DNA of 13,912 nt from Amoeboradix gromovi X-113 (taxonomy: Eukaryota > Fungi > Sanchytriomycota): NCBI GenBank assembly GCA_018985225.1, contig JADGIF010000223.1, forward strand, positions 1 to 13,912, read 5' to 3'. Positions 1 to 8,100 of this stretch are shown piece after piece. The notes beneath the pieces are model-generated. The model had not been told where the DNA came from. It saw nothing but the letters and a program-made list of their open reading frames with translations, and did not search any database. The position numbers were made by a program, and so were the translations under genes. Every line of letters begins with the position of its first letter. Position 1 is the first letter of the stretch.

Positions 1-125
1 GATTTAAGAGGCGAGTGGACATTCAGCTAGTTGCGGAGTTGACGAGTATGAAAGGAGAATAAATAACTTTTTGTATCGAAATTTCAAAAATAAATATTCT
101 GTACAGCTATTCTCTTACTCTTTCA

Positions 126-523
126 TACACCAGTAAATCAAAGAAGAAAAAGCCGGACACTGACATTGAGGAAGATGTAGTTGTTGGAACAGTTAAAACG
201 AAATTGAAATTCAGCAAGAGTCAGGGAGACTGTCCATAGATTACACTTCAAAGAAATGTAGTGTCTGTGAGAATGAAATAGATAAGAGTAATGATGTTAG
301 TATAACATTACAAAATGACTCTAGAAAAGAGTACCGTCTAAGAATATGCGCCTTTTGCTTAGATGCTCAAAGACCTCATATATTTGAACGAGATGCAGGG
401 TCTTCTAGTTTTATTTTGAGAAGAGGAATACAATCAATGAAAGAGTCTTGCTATAATAGAAGAAGATCTTTTATTAATAATAGTACTATGCCCTCTGTAT
501 GCGGTTCCTTGGAAGCTACTTAG
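126..523 (+). pseudogene. Internally deleted Fanzor1-like (TnpB-derived) nuclease remnant A
   Basis: The frame from 239 reads DYTSKKCSVC...KEYRLRICAFC..QRPHIFERDAGSSSFILRRG..* (TAG at 521-523). This gives a YTS-CxxC knuckle, a second CxxC and a RuvC-III-like xRD. A different frame at 126-210 reads SKSKKKKPDTDIEEDVVVGTVKTKLK, resembling a basic Fanzor1 N-terminus. No start codon, and the middle of the gene is missing. Confidence 0.75.
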
Positions 524-538
524 TCTAGTTTTTATATT

Positions 539-548
539 TGGTGTCCCA
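539..548 (+). repeat. Shared 3'-end motif TGGTGTCCCA of Fanzor1-like elements
   Basis: The identical 10-mer is at 13869-13878 and TGTCCCA is at 1242-1248. Each lies ~110-190 nt downstream of a (Q/E)RD-coding remnant on the same strand. Confidence 0.6.
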
Positions 549-599
549 TTTATAATAAGATGAATTTTCTTTTTCTTTGTCCGATGTTTCTTTCTCCAT
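549..599 (-). pseudogene. Possible truncated N-terminus of a Fanzor1-like ORF (element B)
   Basis: ATG at 599 gives MEKETSDKEKENSSYYK, which runs into the end motif of element A at 548/549. It lies ~120 nt downstream of the small ORF on the same strand. Only 17 codons; the call rests on context and recalled resemblance. Confidence 0.35.
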
Positions 600-716
600 T
601 TCTGCTTTATAGTATTAGAAAAGATTTTAATTTACTAATTGGACGTACTTTTTTAAGTTAAAGAAAATTTAACTTTAAACGAGAATTCTAATTAAAAGCA
701 TTATTAAAATTAAAAA

Positions 717-976
717 TCAATTTCCATTTTTTTGAAATAAATGTTCTTTAGTTCTTATTATTTTGTCATCTTTTTGAAATGTATATCACAACTAAACATA
801 CTGTATCTTCCTTTCACTATTCGTCTTATTAAACTTAACCAAGGTCTTCCTAATTTATCCGGTTCGCTTATACCAGTAATTTTAGAAGAAGAGAAAAATT
901 TACTTATTGCAGGTATCATTTTCATAATGGCATCAGTTTTTTTCTTATTATTATCAAGATCATATAAAGTTGTGCC
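717..976 (-). pseudogene. Small basic protein remnant resembling the ORF found beside TnpB/Fanzor genes in giant DNA viruses; 5'-truncated and frameshifted
   Basis: Reads TLYDLDNNKKKTDAIMKMIPAISKFFS..ITGISEPDKLGRPWLSLIRRIVKGRY. Restoring one A in the run near 771-775 continues it as DDKIIRTKEHLFQKNGN* (TGA at 719-717). The family resemblance is from recall, not a search. Confidence 0.55.
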
Positions 977-984
977 CAACTCTC

Positions 985-1248
985 ATCATAGTAAATCGCA
1001 TTTCATAATGCCTTGTAGAGTCGTGTATCTTATTCGTAGCCAATATCTTTCCCAAAGAGATTCTCTATCCTCATACCAGCTCTTGCTGAGTTTCTGTAGC
1101 TAAATATGATCGAATGTCTGTGATGCAAGATTTGAATGTATCACTGTTTTGCTACTTACTTTAAGGTGAAGATTTGGTCTAATACCTCAATATTTTTCGT
1201 TTTGTCTTTTAACCTTCCCGAAATTTACTTTTCATTAATTATGTCCCA
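985..1248 (+). pseudogene. Fanzor1-like C-terminal remnant C plus 3' end
   Basis: IVNRIS*CLVESC at 988-1026, then across frameshifts PISF/QRDSLSSYQLLL (QRD at 1053-1061). This parallels PHIFERDAGSSSFIL in A and PSYFQRDISRAFFML in D. Ends in TGTCCCA at 1242-1248. Confidence 0.5.
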
Positions 1249-1368
1249 GCTGTCTCTATTAATTTAAGTCGGTTAAGCATTATCGCGAAACTGTAATTAT
1301 TTTAAAAAACAGTTAGATTTCCCAGAGTTAAACTTGCTCGTTAGATGCAGGTTTATAAGTAATAGAAG

Positions 1369-2418
1369 ATGACCTATACATACTTTATTGCTTTAAGAAA
1401 ACTCAAAACCTCCAGTGTGATGAGTCGAATTCTGTGTAATAGATTAAACCTACTAAAGCAGCAGCTTCAAAAAGATAGCGCAGAAGTGCTAGATTTTGTT
1501 AAAATGGGGCAGAATAGCGGATTAAAAAGAGAGAGATTACCTGAATGGCTGCGAGGTATCAAAGGAAATACTAATTTTAAAATGGTAAACCAGCTGCGTA
1601 GTAAAACACTTCATACAGTTTGCGAAGAAGCAAAGTGTCCTAATATCAATGAATGTTGGAGTGGCGGAACCGCAACTATTATGCTAATGGGAGATAAATG
1701 TACCCGTGCTTGTAGGTTCTGTAGCGTGCATACCAGCAGAGCTCCTGCTCCGCTAGACCCTTTAGAGCCTGCAAAAACGGCAGAGGTAGTCAAAGGATGG
1801 CTAGAGAAAGGATTCAAATATGTAGTTCTTACTAGTGTCGATCGTGATGATTTGCAAGACTACGGTGCATCGCATTTTGCAGAGACTGTGTCTTCTATAT
1901 TAAAATCATCTCCCTCTATGCTGGTAGAGTGCTTGGTGGGGGATCATCATAATAATCAAGATTGCATCAAAACTCTTGTTGATTCCCAAATGCATGTTTT
2001 TGCCCATAACATTGAAACGGTAGAGAGATGCACACCAGCAGTTAGGGACAGGAGAGCCAAATACCAGCAATCTATGGATGTGCTGCGATTCTCAAAGCAG
2101 TATGCTTTGAAAACCAATAGGAGTAGAATGTTAACTAAATCATCGATAATGTTGGGTTGTGGAGAAAAAAATGAAGAAATAATACAAACTTTAGCTGATT
2201 TAAGGAGTAACAATGTGGATGTCGTAACTCTTGGGCAGTATATGCAGCCAACGAAAGGACATATGAAAGTGCATAAGTATTACACTCCTAGTGAGTTTAA
2301 AGAATACGAAAGCATAGCCAAGAACATGGGGTTCTTATATGTTGCTGCAGGCCCGTTAGTAAGAAGTAGTTACAAAGCAGGAGAGTATTATATTGAAAAC
2401 ATTTTAAACAATAAATGA
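1369..2418 (+). CDS. LIP5: Mitochondrial lipoyl synthase (radical SAM)
   Basis: Has the CX4CX5C motif (CEEAKCPNINEC), the radical-SAM CX3CX2C motif (CTRACRFC), HNIETV and C-terminal GPLVRSSY. The real start may be ATG 1420 (MSRILCNRL.., presequence-like). Confidence 0.97.
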   Translation: MTYTYFIALRKLKTSSVMSRILCNRLNLLKQQLQKDSAEVLDFVKMGQNSGLKRERLPEWLRGIKGNTNFKMVNQLRSKTLHTVCEEAKCPNINECWSGGTATIMLMGDKCTRACRFCSVHTSRAPAPLDPLEPAKTAEVVKGWLEKGFKYVVLTSVDRDDLQDYGASHFAETVSSILKSSPSMLVECLVGDHHNNQDCIKTLVDSQMHVFAHNIETVERCTPAVRDRRAKYQQSMDVLRFSKQYALKTNRSRMLTKSSIMLGCGEKNEEIIQTLADLRSNNVDVVTLGQYMQPTKGHMKVHKYYTPSEFKEYESIAKNMGFLYVAAGPLVRSSYKAGEYYIENILNNK

Positions 2419-2476
2419 GTTTATTAATAATCAAACCTCATCTTTTTTTGAAACGAGATGGTCTCCTGTTAAAGTA

Positions 2477-2595
2477 CTCGTTAAAAGTCCAGATTTCCGA
2501 GAAAATCGAGAATTTCCAGAGAGAAACTAGCAATGCTAGATGCTCCGTTACAGTGATTGCTCACGCTTTCACTACCCTGAGGCCGGATTCAATAA
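2477..2595 (-). ncRNA. Candidate omegaRNA scaffold of Fanzor2 copy 1
   Basis: Conserved non-coding block between the nuclease stop and the right end (..GGACTTTTAACGAG). Hairpins AGTGA-..GC-GTGA-GC..-TCACT and CTAGC-ATT-GCTAG. Confidence 0.6.
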
Positions 2596-2720
2596 GGATG
2601 TATATATTTGATATATAAATATTCCTTGCTGCCACATGGTCCACTATCTATCACTAAATGGCAATTGGTACAAATGTAGCTCTCCGAATTGGTTTTCTTA
2701 AGATTGCCTCAGCTTGCACA
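2589..2720 (-). pseudogene. tnpB: Fanzor2/IS607 TnpB C-terminal fragment
   Basis: CAS*GNLKKTNSESYICTNCHLVID(R)DHVAARNIY..KYIHPY*, i.e. zinc ribbon plus RuvC-III DRD..AARNI. Carries one stop and small frameshifts. Confidence 0.85.
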
Positions 2721-2824
2721 TTCATAATAAGTATTAAGATATCGCATTGTTGCACACGCAAGACATACGGATTATTAAATAAATGGTTTACAAGTTTATT
2801 TATCGTTAATCTCTTTTGAAGACT

Positions 2825-2953
2825 GGTTCAAAGACATCTAATTGTTCCATGCTTGGACCAGTTCCTCAGTGTTGATTAATGTATGCTGTACCTGTTAGTT
2901 ATTTCTACAGATTTGACATATCCGGGATTGCATCCATTAATTCCATTTACTAT
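2825..2953 (-). pseudogene. tnpA: IS607 TnpA serine recombinase, N-terminal MerR-like HTH fragment
   Basis: NGCNPGYVKSVEITNRYSIH*STLRNWSKHGTIRCL*T matches the Y....E....Y.I...TLR.W...G.I...RT HTH pattern. Start codon decayed to ATA. Confidence 0.8.
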
Positions 2954-3380
2954 TTGTGAAAATGAAGAATATCGAGTGTTTAAGCTATTGGAAAGTCATG
3001 AAATTATGTAAAAATGCATAAAATTCGCGATAAATAATATTCAAGAAAACAATCGAGCTGTCTAAAAAATTGAAAGCAACTTATTTATAACGCAACGAAA
3101 TTAAACTTGATTCTTAACAGTTACCGTTGCGTCAAGATATCAACACTGACTCATCTTTTAAAATGGAACAAATTATTGAGAAATATGATAGCAACTGAGA
3201 AGGGCCAGAAAGGCAAGAACAATACTATAGTGTAGTGGTTTTTTGACTTAAATAATTAGAAAAGATAAGTTATCTCAAATGAATGACAAGATGTCGCAAT
3301 AGCACGCAATTTTAAGCACTAGGGGTGCGACTCACAGAATTGTATTTGCAATTGAAACATTGCTGTAAATTTGACAAGGA

Positions 3381-4496
3381 ATGCTTTTAATAATACTAAC
3401 AACCTTATTTGCGGAGCTAGAAGCCCTAAAAAGAATGAATGAGCTATTCAATCCTTTGTTTAGTTATTTGGAAAAAATGGAAAGACTTGTAGACGGTGAA
3501 ATACTGGAATCTCAAGAGCTTGAAAAGAAGTTCATGAATTATGTTGAAAATTGCCATGATCCCCTGATGAAATGTCCTGACTTCGATACCTATAATTACG
3601 AAGATAATGAGTCGGACAACCAGATTGAACAGAACACTGTACTGCATATTTCGCTGTACAACATTTGCTTTGAATTGGCTCAAAAAGTTTTGAGGCCCTC
3701 TTTTGCAGCCAAGTTTTTACACAACGAAAAGTTGAACTCTTATGGTACAAAACTAGCGTTTTCGAGAAACAAATCACCATTTGGAATAGATTACTTTGAT
3801 GCAATATTTCCTTTTTTAGATCAAGATCTTAGCTTAGTGGAGCCGATTATAGAATTTATTGATAGTAATGTTGGTCAAACTTTATTACATTTTAAGTCGG
3901 CAAGTGCAGAATTCAAAGCATTTATTCTGAAAAGATACTGTGTTTATTCTTTTGAAGAGCGTTTAAAAGATAAATGTAAGGATTATAATCAAATATCTCA
4001 CCTTCCGTCGTTTGATTATCCAATTTCTTTGGGTATCATCAATGCTCGGGAATACTTTACAAGCATGAAAGCTATACAATCTCAAATAGGTTGGGTTCCA
4101 TTGAATTACAATTTCCGTACTAACATGGATATTCTTTTTCCTTCTCACAAAACGTACTGGTTTGAGGAACTTAGAGATTCGTTTTTGGACACTTACGGAA
4201 GTCACTTTTTCAAGATTACTTTGTATGACGAAGATGAATTGTTTGCATATTTGGGTAGACATGCATATGAGAAGAATCCAAGTTATTTTCACATTTATGA
4301 ATCAATGATGACAGAGGCAGTAAAAGAGAAAAGCATTTATAAAATTGCAAGTTTGTTTAGATTGCACGACTCTCCTTTAATACTAACTAAACTGCACCAT
4401 TATATTTCAGCCTATTCCAGCTATTCATCTGATTATGACTGGAAGTGTGAGTGGTACAAGAAAATGTTAGAAATTGAGGAGTCAAATTCACAATAG
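3381..4496 (+). CDS. Hypothetical protein, 371 aa, possible short signal peptide
   Basis: Long uninterrupted ORF in AT-rich DNA with hydrophobic start MLLIILTTLFA and an AATAA after the stop. No motif recognised. Confidence 0.7.
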   Translation: MLLIILTTLFAELEALKRMNELFNPLFSYLEKMERLVDGEILESQELEKKFMNYVENCHDPLMKCPDFDTYNYEDNESDNQIEQNTVLHISLYNICFELAQKVLRPSFAAKFLHNEKLNSYGTKLAFSRNKSPFGIDYFDAIFPFLDQDLSLVEPIIEFIDSNVGQTLLHFKSASAEFKAFILKRYCVYSFEERLKDKCKDYNQISHLPSFDYPISLGIINAREYFTSMKAIQSQIGWVPLNYNFRTNMDILFPSHKTYWFEELRDSFLDTYGSHFFKITLYDEDELFAYLGRHAYEKNPSYFHIYESMMTEAVKEKSIYKIASLFRLHDSPLILTKLHHYISAYSSYSSDYDWKCEWYKKMLEIEESNSQ

Positions 4497-4528
4497 AAAT
4501 AAGAGACAATTTAAAGTAATAAATTATT

Positions 4529-4810
4529 TTATTCTTCCATTAAATCTGTTTTCAAGATGTCAACACCATTACCTAATTCTTGAATGATAAATATATCCAC
4601 TGGTTGATCTTTGAACTGCAAGCTGAGAAAATGAGGAGTTAGGCACTGTCCTTCGGAACCATACGGAACTGATTTTACAGTGGCTATTATCTTATTAATA
4701 AGAAACGATTCTTCTTCATTGTTTAGGTTCAGTTGCTTTCTAACTACTTCAAATGCTAAATTATCTATCTTACCATAAATGTCCGCCCTCAAAAAGCATT
4801 GTTTTCTCAT
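4529..4810 (-). CDS. Hypothetical protein, 93 aa
   Basis: ATG-started ORF with protein-like composition that fills the gap, convergent with the 371-aa gene. Family not recognised. Confidence 0.5.
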   Translation of the reverse strand: MRKQCFLRADIYGKIDNLAFEVVRKQLNLNNEEESFLINKIIATVKSVPYGSEGQCLTPHFLSLQFKDQPVDIFIIQELGNGVDILKTDLMEE

Positions 4811-4891
4811 CCTTTGTTTTGTATAAATTGTGTGTATCTATTTTATCAAACAATTTATTTTTTAAATAAAAAAGTGTAAACGTACAATTTT

Positions 4892-5079
4892 AATACGTTT
4901 AAGATTTAAAACGCCTGATTTTCCGGAGACTTACAGAACGGAAATGACTTAAAGACAAGTCGCATGTATGGTATAGAAAACTTGTCGTCGAGAAAGGCGA
5001 TAAAACCGTTGAGTCGGTTATTACGCCGTCGAAGAAATAGAGCGACTCAAAAGAAGCGTTTTAAATCTTAAACGGTGTA
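4892..5079. mobile_element. MITE with 19-bp perfect terminal inverted repeats (Tc1/mariner-IS630-like)
   Basis: CGTTTAAGATTTAAAACGC (4896-4914) is the exact reverse complement of GCGTTTTAAATCTTAAACG (5056-5074). The right end continues GTG-TA and the left is preceded by TAATA, so a TA target is plausible. Confidence 0.75.
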
Positions 5080-5110
5080 AAGCAACATTGCGACGTCGTT
5101 CAAGCCAAGC

Positions 5111-8100
5111 ATGTCTTCCAAAAGTCAAAAGTTCCATTGGAAACCTAAAAGTTTGAATGCTGTAGCCATAGCTCAATTCATTCCCATCCAGATAGATTTA
5201 TCTGCGTACCCGGAAACTGAAAAATTAAGCGTCAATAGATTTCATCCAAGAGATCAAGTAGAGTTGAATGTTGGTGACATTGCATGCGTGTTAGAAGAGT
5301 TGTCGGGGTGGTATCGTGGTTATGTCTTCTCGCCTAGCAACCCTCAAGCGAAACCCCGCTTAGGTATCTTTCCTGCCAACCATGTTATAAACATCCGGAA
5401 AAGAGAGTATAAAGACCAGCATTCAACTGAAAAAACTAATGCACCTAGCATTGATGATATCAACGCTATCCCTGATACTAAGCCACGTCCAGATGAGATA
5501 ATCAGACATGAAAATGTTGAACTAGTAATTAAATCATCATCGTCGATTCCTGCCGATATACTCAACACAAATGCAATGCAACAAATCAAGTCTCCTGATG
5601 GTGCTATCCTAAAGGTTCGTAAAGTTGGTGGAAATCCTCTACCTGACCCTTGCTTACCTTTTTATATCACTAAATATGCCAGTGATGACCCGCTGATCGA
5701 TGAAGTAACTGTTGTATTGCGTGATTGGTTTTTCAATCTTCGTGGTTGCTTGCGTAGACAGGATTACAAGTCGTATGCCTTAATTAAGAAGAACGTCAAC
5801 AGTTTGCTACGAGGGCGTCGCCAATTACTAGCTCGTAAGCACGTTGGTCAAACTATAAGTACTGTAAGGTTAGAAATATTGAATAGCATTGCAGAAGGTA
5901 ATGAAATGCAAAAGTTTCATCAAGTCATTCGCGACAAGGAATCTGGTGAAGTTATCACTCCTAAGCTATCAACTGTTATGAAAATGCATCAAACACATAC
6001 TCATTTACAATGGCAAGTTAATCCTGAGAGTAAAAAACAGCAGCCTCGATCATTTGATGTGTTTGATCAAGAATACTTACAAAAAGAAGAACAGCAAGTA
6101 CAGTTTCATCATTTTTACTTTGAATCAAGAGAAAATCAACTTTTGTTTCCATCCGAAGGTCCTTATGAAATTCATTTTCAAATTTTATTAAAATCAGATT
6201 CCACACCACTTTGTGAGACTTTTATTATTAAATACGAATCGAGCAAGCCTGTTAACACTTCCCAGTACCTCATTACCAATCTTTCTCCTTTGGATGCCTC
6301 TTTAGATACTCTTATTGTCGGTAAGATATTCAAAAAGGAAGCATTTAGTGACAAATGCCAAGAGACTGTTGTTCGCCGCCCATTGGGTATTGTATTCTTG
6401 GAATCAAAGGACATATTTAATGGTAAAGAATCGCAACCTACAAATGGATATTTTATGAAGTTATATTTGATTAGCAATGAAAACAATTTTGGTAAATTGC
6501 ATGAGCGTATTTTGGAAGCAAACACTTTGCAATCGCAAGGTGGTTTATTTGTTAACTGCAAGACACTAGTTGGTGACTTGGATACGATTTTAAAGACTAC
6601 CACTCTGTTTGATCCTAAAACTACAACTCTGGTAAACCGCATTAATTTCCCATCAGTTATTACTCCTAGTATTGCAAGAAATAAGATCCATGTTACGCTA
6701 CGCAGCGGTGACTTCCAGCGTAGCGTGAGCCGTAATATTGAGATAGCTATTCATCTACGTAACAATTACACTGGGCAAGTCATTGATAGCGCAATGAGCA
6801 TGGGTAGAGGTATTCCAAACAATGCAGTGTATGAGAGCAGTTTGCACTATCATTCATTGCAACCTGTTTACAATGAAACGTTCACCGTAGATTGCCCCGT
6901 AGATATTTTGACAGATTCTCATTTATACTTTGCAATTAGGGCGTTGCATACAAGCGATAAAGAAAGAAAAGAAACAAAGGTCATATCGTTTGCATTTATG
7001 CCTATAACAAAGGATAACAAGATGATATCCAACGGAGTTAAGGATTTGTGCGTGTATAAATACGAAAAAAGTAAAACATCACCAGGCACCTACTTGACAT
7101 TGCCCATATTAGTAAGTTCTGCAAACGAGAACGTCAGTACCGATAGCATTAGTGTGGCAGTTAATCTATGCAGTTCTAAATACCCTCAAAATCACTCTTT
7201 GTTTCAATTTTTAAACTGGCGTAAGATTGTAGAATCCACCCATGAGACATTTAAACCTCTATTAATAGATTTAAAAACAGTCAAGGAATCAGAGATATTG
7301 TTCGCTCTTAGTGATATATTAACAGAATTGTTTGATTTACAGCAATCAGCAAAGAACACTGATGGTGTATTAGATGTGTTGATATTTCAATCGATTTTGC
7401 ATGTTATCGGGTTAACACAAGATAACAAGTACAGTAAATTTGAACCAAACGTGATAAAGTTTATCGAGGAAAAGTTCAACTGTCCAAATGCACATGTATT
7501 TCTAGTGCATTTCCTGATCAAGTTAATTGATGACAACAACAGCAACGGCAATCTTCAGTATGTTAAAGAGGTAAGAGCTACTTTTAAGATAGTTCACTAC
7601 ATCTTCATGCTAATATTTAAGAGCATGAAGCAATGCAAGGAAAAACAAGTCAGGTTAAACGTTGCACAGGACTTGGTCAATGAAACAGACTTGGTGTTCA
7701 ACAATAATATAACCAAATTTGTAAATTCTATATGCGGTGTAATGTCGGATGTTAGTAATGATGTTATATTGGGCACGCAGACCACAATATTGCAATACTT
7801 GGATAGGATAATAATAGAATTCCTCAAGTACTTTGGACCTATAAAAACAGCAGAATATACGATATTGATGGCAGATGCAGTAAATAACAAAAAATCAACA
7901 GTTATAAACTACAAATTGGTATTTATGATGAATATTGTCAAATCGCCTCTTTATAAAAACAAATTAGCAAGACCGCTACTTAGCGCAGCCATAGCTAAAT
8001 GGTTGACTATATCATTCTTAGATCCGGGTGTGGGAGACAAACAAAGTAGAAAGGAAGTATTTCGCAAGTGTGTGTTTGTATTGGCCGAAACATTGGACAC

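Larger units (their letters stand above)
2477..3059 (-). mobile_element. Non-autonomous IS607-type Fanzor2 element, copy 1
   Basis: Both ends align with 12935-13486 (2477-2632 with 12935-13084; 2890-3059 with 13313-13486). Contains tnpA and Fanzor2 fragments in IS607 order. No TIRs; CT dinucleotide at both boundaries. Confidence 0.85.

Noticed and set aside
1-62. Possible 3' end of an upstream gene (FKRRVDIQLVAELTSMKGE*)
   Set aside because: Too short to identify at the window edge.
741-1103. 120-aa plus-strand ORF
   Set aside because: Mostly antisense to the small-ORF remnant. Only its last ~17 codons (QRDSLSS..) appear to be real Fanzor-derived frame.
1345-1368. ATG CAG followed by a possible 18-nt GT..AG intron upstream of LIP5
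   Set aside because: Weak donor, AAG acceptor and no homology requirement. LIP5 probably starts at 1369 or 1420.
2461-2476. CTCCTGTTAAAGTA resembling a duplicated right end, or the empty target of copy 2
   Set aside because: Too short and degenerate to separate from chance or a second TAM-like site.
2415-2618. ORFs 2415-2618, 11608-11811, 13228-13425 and 13403-13678
   Set aside because: They run antisense or off-frame across transposon remnants and junctions.
3090-3132. 8-bp inverted repeat ACGCAACG/CGTTGCGT
   Set aside because: Isolated, with no second copy or supporting context in the window.
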